From Octopus sinensis (Eukaryota), in the NCBI RefSeq assembly GCF_006345805.1, contig NC_043010.1:62744001-62808000 (forward strand): a DNA stretch of 64,000 nt. The letters run 5' to 3'. Below the pieces are notes generated by a model. It worked only from the letters and a program-made list of their open reading frames with translations. It had not been told where the DNA came from and did not search any database. Positions 60,568 through 64,000 of the stretch are shown here, piece after piece. Both the position numbers and the translations under genes were made by a program. How positions within the stretch are numbered: the stretch's first letter is position 1; each line of letters opens with the position of its first letter.

Positions 60568-60990
60568 AGGCGCAGGAGTGGCTGTATGGTAAGTAGCTTG
60601 GTTACCAACCACATGGTTCTGGGTTCAGTCAAACTGCATGGCACCTTGGGCAAATGTCTTCTACTATAGGAGAGTTTACGAAAAAAATGTGTGTAGTGGC
60701 TAACGATCTATCATGTCTTCTACTATAGCCTTGGGTCTATCAAAGCTTTGGGAGTAGATTAGGTAGATGGAAATTGAAAGAAGCTTGTCAAATATATATA
60801 TATATATATATATGTATGTGTCCCCCCACCCAAACATCATTTGACAACTGATGCTGGTTTGGCAAAAGCGACTGATAAAATAAGTACTAGGATTACAAAG
60901 AATAAGTCCTGGGGTCAATTTGCTCGACTAAAGGCAGTGCTCCAGCATGGCCGCAGTCAAAATGACCGAAACAAATAAAAGAATAAAAGA
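60568..60990 (+). mobile_element. tRNA-derived SINE family B (CORE-like central domain), full length
   Basis: GGCGCAGGAGTGGCTG..GGTTCAGTC head; GGCACCTTGGGCAA.TGTCTTCTACTATAGCC domain; tail GCTCCAGCATGGCCGCAGTCAAATGAC.GAAACAA.TAAAAGA. Confidence 0.85.
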
Positions 60991-61584
60991 AATACCAGTT
61001 TCTTTCGGTGTATTTTATTTAATTGCTAAAATGACTCTTTTTATGATGTAATTATTTCAGCTTTTAATGCACAATCTCAGATCAAGTCACTTACCAAAAC
61101 AAATATATAAAACGGGGGTGGGGCAAAATAATTTTAACAATGAGAACTGAGAACTCACGAGAGAAATGGAGAATGTTTTTATTCAGTTGCTGGATTATTC
61201 TCTAGTCACACTACAACTAATAGTTTCACCCTGATCCCTTCATCAGGTTCTAAACCATTTTTATGGTTTGCTCATAATAAAGTAGAAAGGTGGATTAGAA
61301 AAGATTGTGGTGAAACTATTAGTTGTAATACGAACTTGTTACCAGTTCAAATATGCCTGGGGAATATTTGAACCCCAAAGATAGCCATTCACTGCATTTT
61401 GTTATGGAGAAAATTTCTTGATGGAGATGAATAGGCATAAATACATGGTGGGGTCAGATTGCAGCATCCCCTAACCAGACTGTTGGATGCATGGATTTTG
61501 GAGTGGTTGTAATGTGACTGAAAGATAATCGAGTCTTGTGAACAAAACGTGTGTGTGTGTGTGTAGTTGTTCTCTTTATTGTTT

Positions 61585-62808
61585 TTACATCAATGATTGG
61601 ATGTTATTGTCAGATGATCCTTGATTGTCACCTTTTCTCTGACCAACTGTGTAGGAGGGAATGGTCAAGGTACTGGGGCAGCCATTCCATGTCCACGAAG
61701 ACGCCGGCGAAGTGTTCCGTTTCCAGTCGTAGTGAGCTTGCGAGGGCATCTGCTGCTGCTGCTGTTGTTGTTGATGTTGTTGTTGTGGAGGCTGTTGGTG
61801 TGCAGCTGTTGCTATAGAAACCGTGGTGTTTGTAGACCTCTGGGGCTGTGAGATACTTTTCTGATGGGAACAGAGGGACGATGCAAGGTTGTCGAGGTTC
61901 AGGGTTGAGAGAACCGGCTGTTTTAGAAGGGTTGTCGTCTTGGATGTGGAAGAGGCTGATGTTGGTTGGTGAGGAGACGAAGACACTGATGCAACTTGAT
62001 AAGAATGATGCTGTGCTGAGCTGACACCTGTAGTATTCATTAAAACAGGTGTGTTCAGACCACTAATTGGAATCGTTTTACATAGTTCGTCAGCAGAAAC
62101 CGGGGTCAAATGGCGTGAAATGTCATGTCTGTCTCCATGCAGAAATTCCTTCTTTAAAAGATTGCCACACTTTGCATTCGAGAGTACCGAAGTCATATTG
62201 GTTTTGTCGTGAGGGTGAATAGTCTGAGAGCAACTGTAATGGTTGGTATGAGTACGTTCGTGCTTGTTTAGGTGGTCTTTCCGAGAGAAAGCTTTCGTAC
62301 AAATCTGACAACAAAACGGCTTCTCCCCAGAATGGGTTCGTTGATGGATTTTCAATTTGTCATTTCGAGAAAAAGCTTTTGGGCAAATATGGCAGACAAA
62401 TGGTTTTTCTCCTGAGTGAGTTCTGGCATGGTTTTTTAGCTTGTCTTTACGAGCAAAAGCCATCGGGCAGATATCACATGCAAATGGGCGTTCCCCTGTG
62501 TGGGTCCGTTCGTGGATCTTTAGCTTGTCCCTTTCTGGGAACGCTTTACAGCAGAAGACACAGATGAAATGCTTCCCTAGTTCGGGAGCCAATTCGTGTT
62601 TCTTCAGATATGCACGGAGGGTGAACCGCTTACGGCAGACATTGCATTTGTAGGGTTTCTTGTCGATGTACGACTGCCGGTAGCTGACATAGGTGTACGG
62701 ATTGGACAAGGGCGGTGTTGATGGGCTTGGGGTCGTGAACGGACCGAAGCCGTAGGAGTGATTGTTTCCAACAACGGGTGAGAATTGAACCTCTTGGTTT
62801 GCGTACAT
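61585..62808 (-). CDS. C2H2 zinc-finger protein, 407 aa, 5 fingers, C-terminal Ser/Thr- and poly-Gln-rich region
   Basis: ATG-to-stop ORF. Fingers CNVC (second His missing), CVFC, CDIC, CHIC and CQIC, with TGERP/SGEKP linkers. Confidence 0.93.
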   Translation of the reverse strand: MYANQEVQFSPVVGNNHSYGFGPFTTPSPSTPPLSNPYTYVSYRQSYIDKKPYKCNVCRKRFTLRAYLKKHELAPELGKHFICVFCCKAFPERDKLKIHERTHTGERPFACDICPMAFARKDKLKNHARTHSGEKPFVCHICPKAFSRNDKLKIHQRTHSGEKPFCCQICTKAFSRKDHLNKHERTHTNHYSCSQTIHPHDKTNMTSVLSNAKCGNLLKKEFLHGDRHDISRHLTPVSADELCKTIPISGLNTPVLMNTTGVSSAQHHSYQVASVSSSPHQPTSASSTSKTTTLLKQPVLSTLNLDNLASSLCSHQKSISQPQRSTNTTVSIATAAHQQPPQQQHQQQQQQQQMPSQAHYDWKRNTSPASSWTWNGCPSTLTIPSYTVGQRKGDNQGSSDNNIQSLM

Positions 62809-64000
62809 GCTGATTGTTCTATTTAGGAGTCTGAGGCGTAATTGCTATGAAAGTATGCTGATGACGATCTTGATGATGATATTGATAACACTGATGAAGA
62901 TGATGATATGACGATGACTAGCAGTTTGGTGAGGGACTTACATATAAACTTACCAAAATGTAACGTAATTAACTAGATAATTAACTAGACATCTTAACAT
63001 ACATAGAGTAACTATATTTCATCAACAACTACATGTGACTGTATATGGTTATAATATATATATATAATCGTATATAGTTATATAATTACTACACTATGAC
63101 TGAAAATAGAGGAGCACTAGACTAGAAACATCCACAGTTTCAGTTTAATCACAGCCTAGACAGACCTTATAACTGTCTATGGTCTACGGAGAAGGAACTA
63201 TGTATAAACTATACCAGTTATATACTGGGGTGACAGACACGAATGACAGTTATTCAAGTAGACTGGAGCAGTTTACTTTTATGAAGACCAACTCTTGAAC
63301 GATTTTGTGTTTGAGGTTTAATTAGGGGCTGATCAACTGCAGTCAGCCCAAACTTAAACACAGAGAAAGGGCACTGACTACGGACCATGGTGAGGGAAGG
63401 GGTCAACTAAAAGGTGGGTAAGCGGTAGGGTTAATGCAGTATTAAAAGATATGGAGATTAGTCCATTTAGGGAACACACAAAATAGGGGTTCCACAGAGT
63501 AACTAACCCCTAAACTATCCCTTACATGTACAATCATCTTTATGCCCTTAACAAAAGTCTGTAAGGAATCACTTGACTTGCAAAAAGTAACAGCCAGCTA
63601 TCCCTCAAACCACAGCCTACTGTCTTAAACAAGGAAAGGAAGCATTAAAAAATATGGTCCTAGATATCCCCTAAAAAGACAGGATGGTCATGGCTGGAGC
63701 ACCTTTGATCATGGGTCTGCTTGTTAGACAACAACTCTTAACAAAACAGAGTGATGATACAGGAGAGAAGGAGTGATCAAATTCTATGAAAGGGGTCAGT
63801 TTTATTTTGGAATGGCAAAAAGTGTAATATTGTGAAATAGCAGGGGTTAATTTTTTTCCTCCTTTATTAAAGCATGTTAGTTATAGACCCTTGTCAAACG
63901 TCCCCCACTAAAATGGTAGCGTATATATTCTTATATTTCTGTATATAGTTCACAGATGAGATCCAGATATTTCTGTACAAAACATGAAATCATGGTATAT

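Noticed and set aside
1-64000. Telomeric arrays, viral or bacterial insertions
   Set aside because: No (TTAGGG)n arrays, operon-like ORF density or prokaryotic or viral motifs were seen.

Overview
AT-rich, microsatellite-dense animal DNA. It is most consistent with an octopus (coleoid cephalopod) genome; this is inferred from the tRNA-derived SINE load, the simple-repeat density and the single-coding-exon tandem C2H2 genes. Three C2H2 zinc-finger genes are present: 25045-27372 (+, 15 fingers), 37814-38983 (-, 4 fingers) and 61585-62808 (-, 5 fingers). They sit in a layered repeat landscape: at least five SINE-like families; a young 5'-truncated CR1-type LINE with an open 487-codon RT frame; decayed CR1, RTE, R4/Dong-like, CRE-like and Penelope fragments; hAT, TTAA(piggyBac-like) and Helentron-type non-autonomous DNA elements; and many mini/microsatellites. 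Most short ORFs in the track are translations of simple repeats or antisense frames. No prokaryotic-type system (CRISPR etc.) is supported. The best leads are: (1) a strictly alternating R/Q two-finger code in the 15-finger gene, with an RxD(K/H) helix shared by all three genes that predicts (T/G)GG-periodic targets, next to kb-scale (CCA/TGG)-rich tracts; (2) a 5S-rRNA-headed retroposon whose empty site can be reconstructed; (3) a repeated non-canonical minimal hammerhead-like motif; (4) a dimeric SINE that moved as one unit; (5) a ~230-bp foldback next to the young LINE. Family names are by motif recognition only, with no database search, and many repeat boundaries are approximate.
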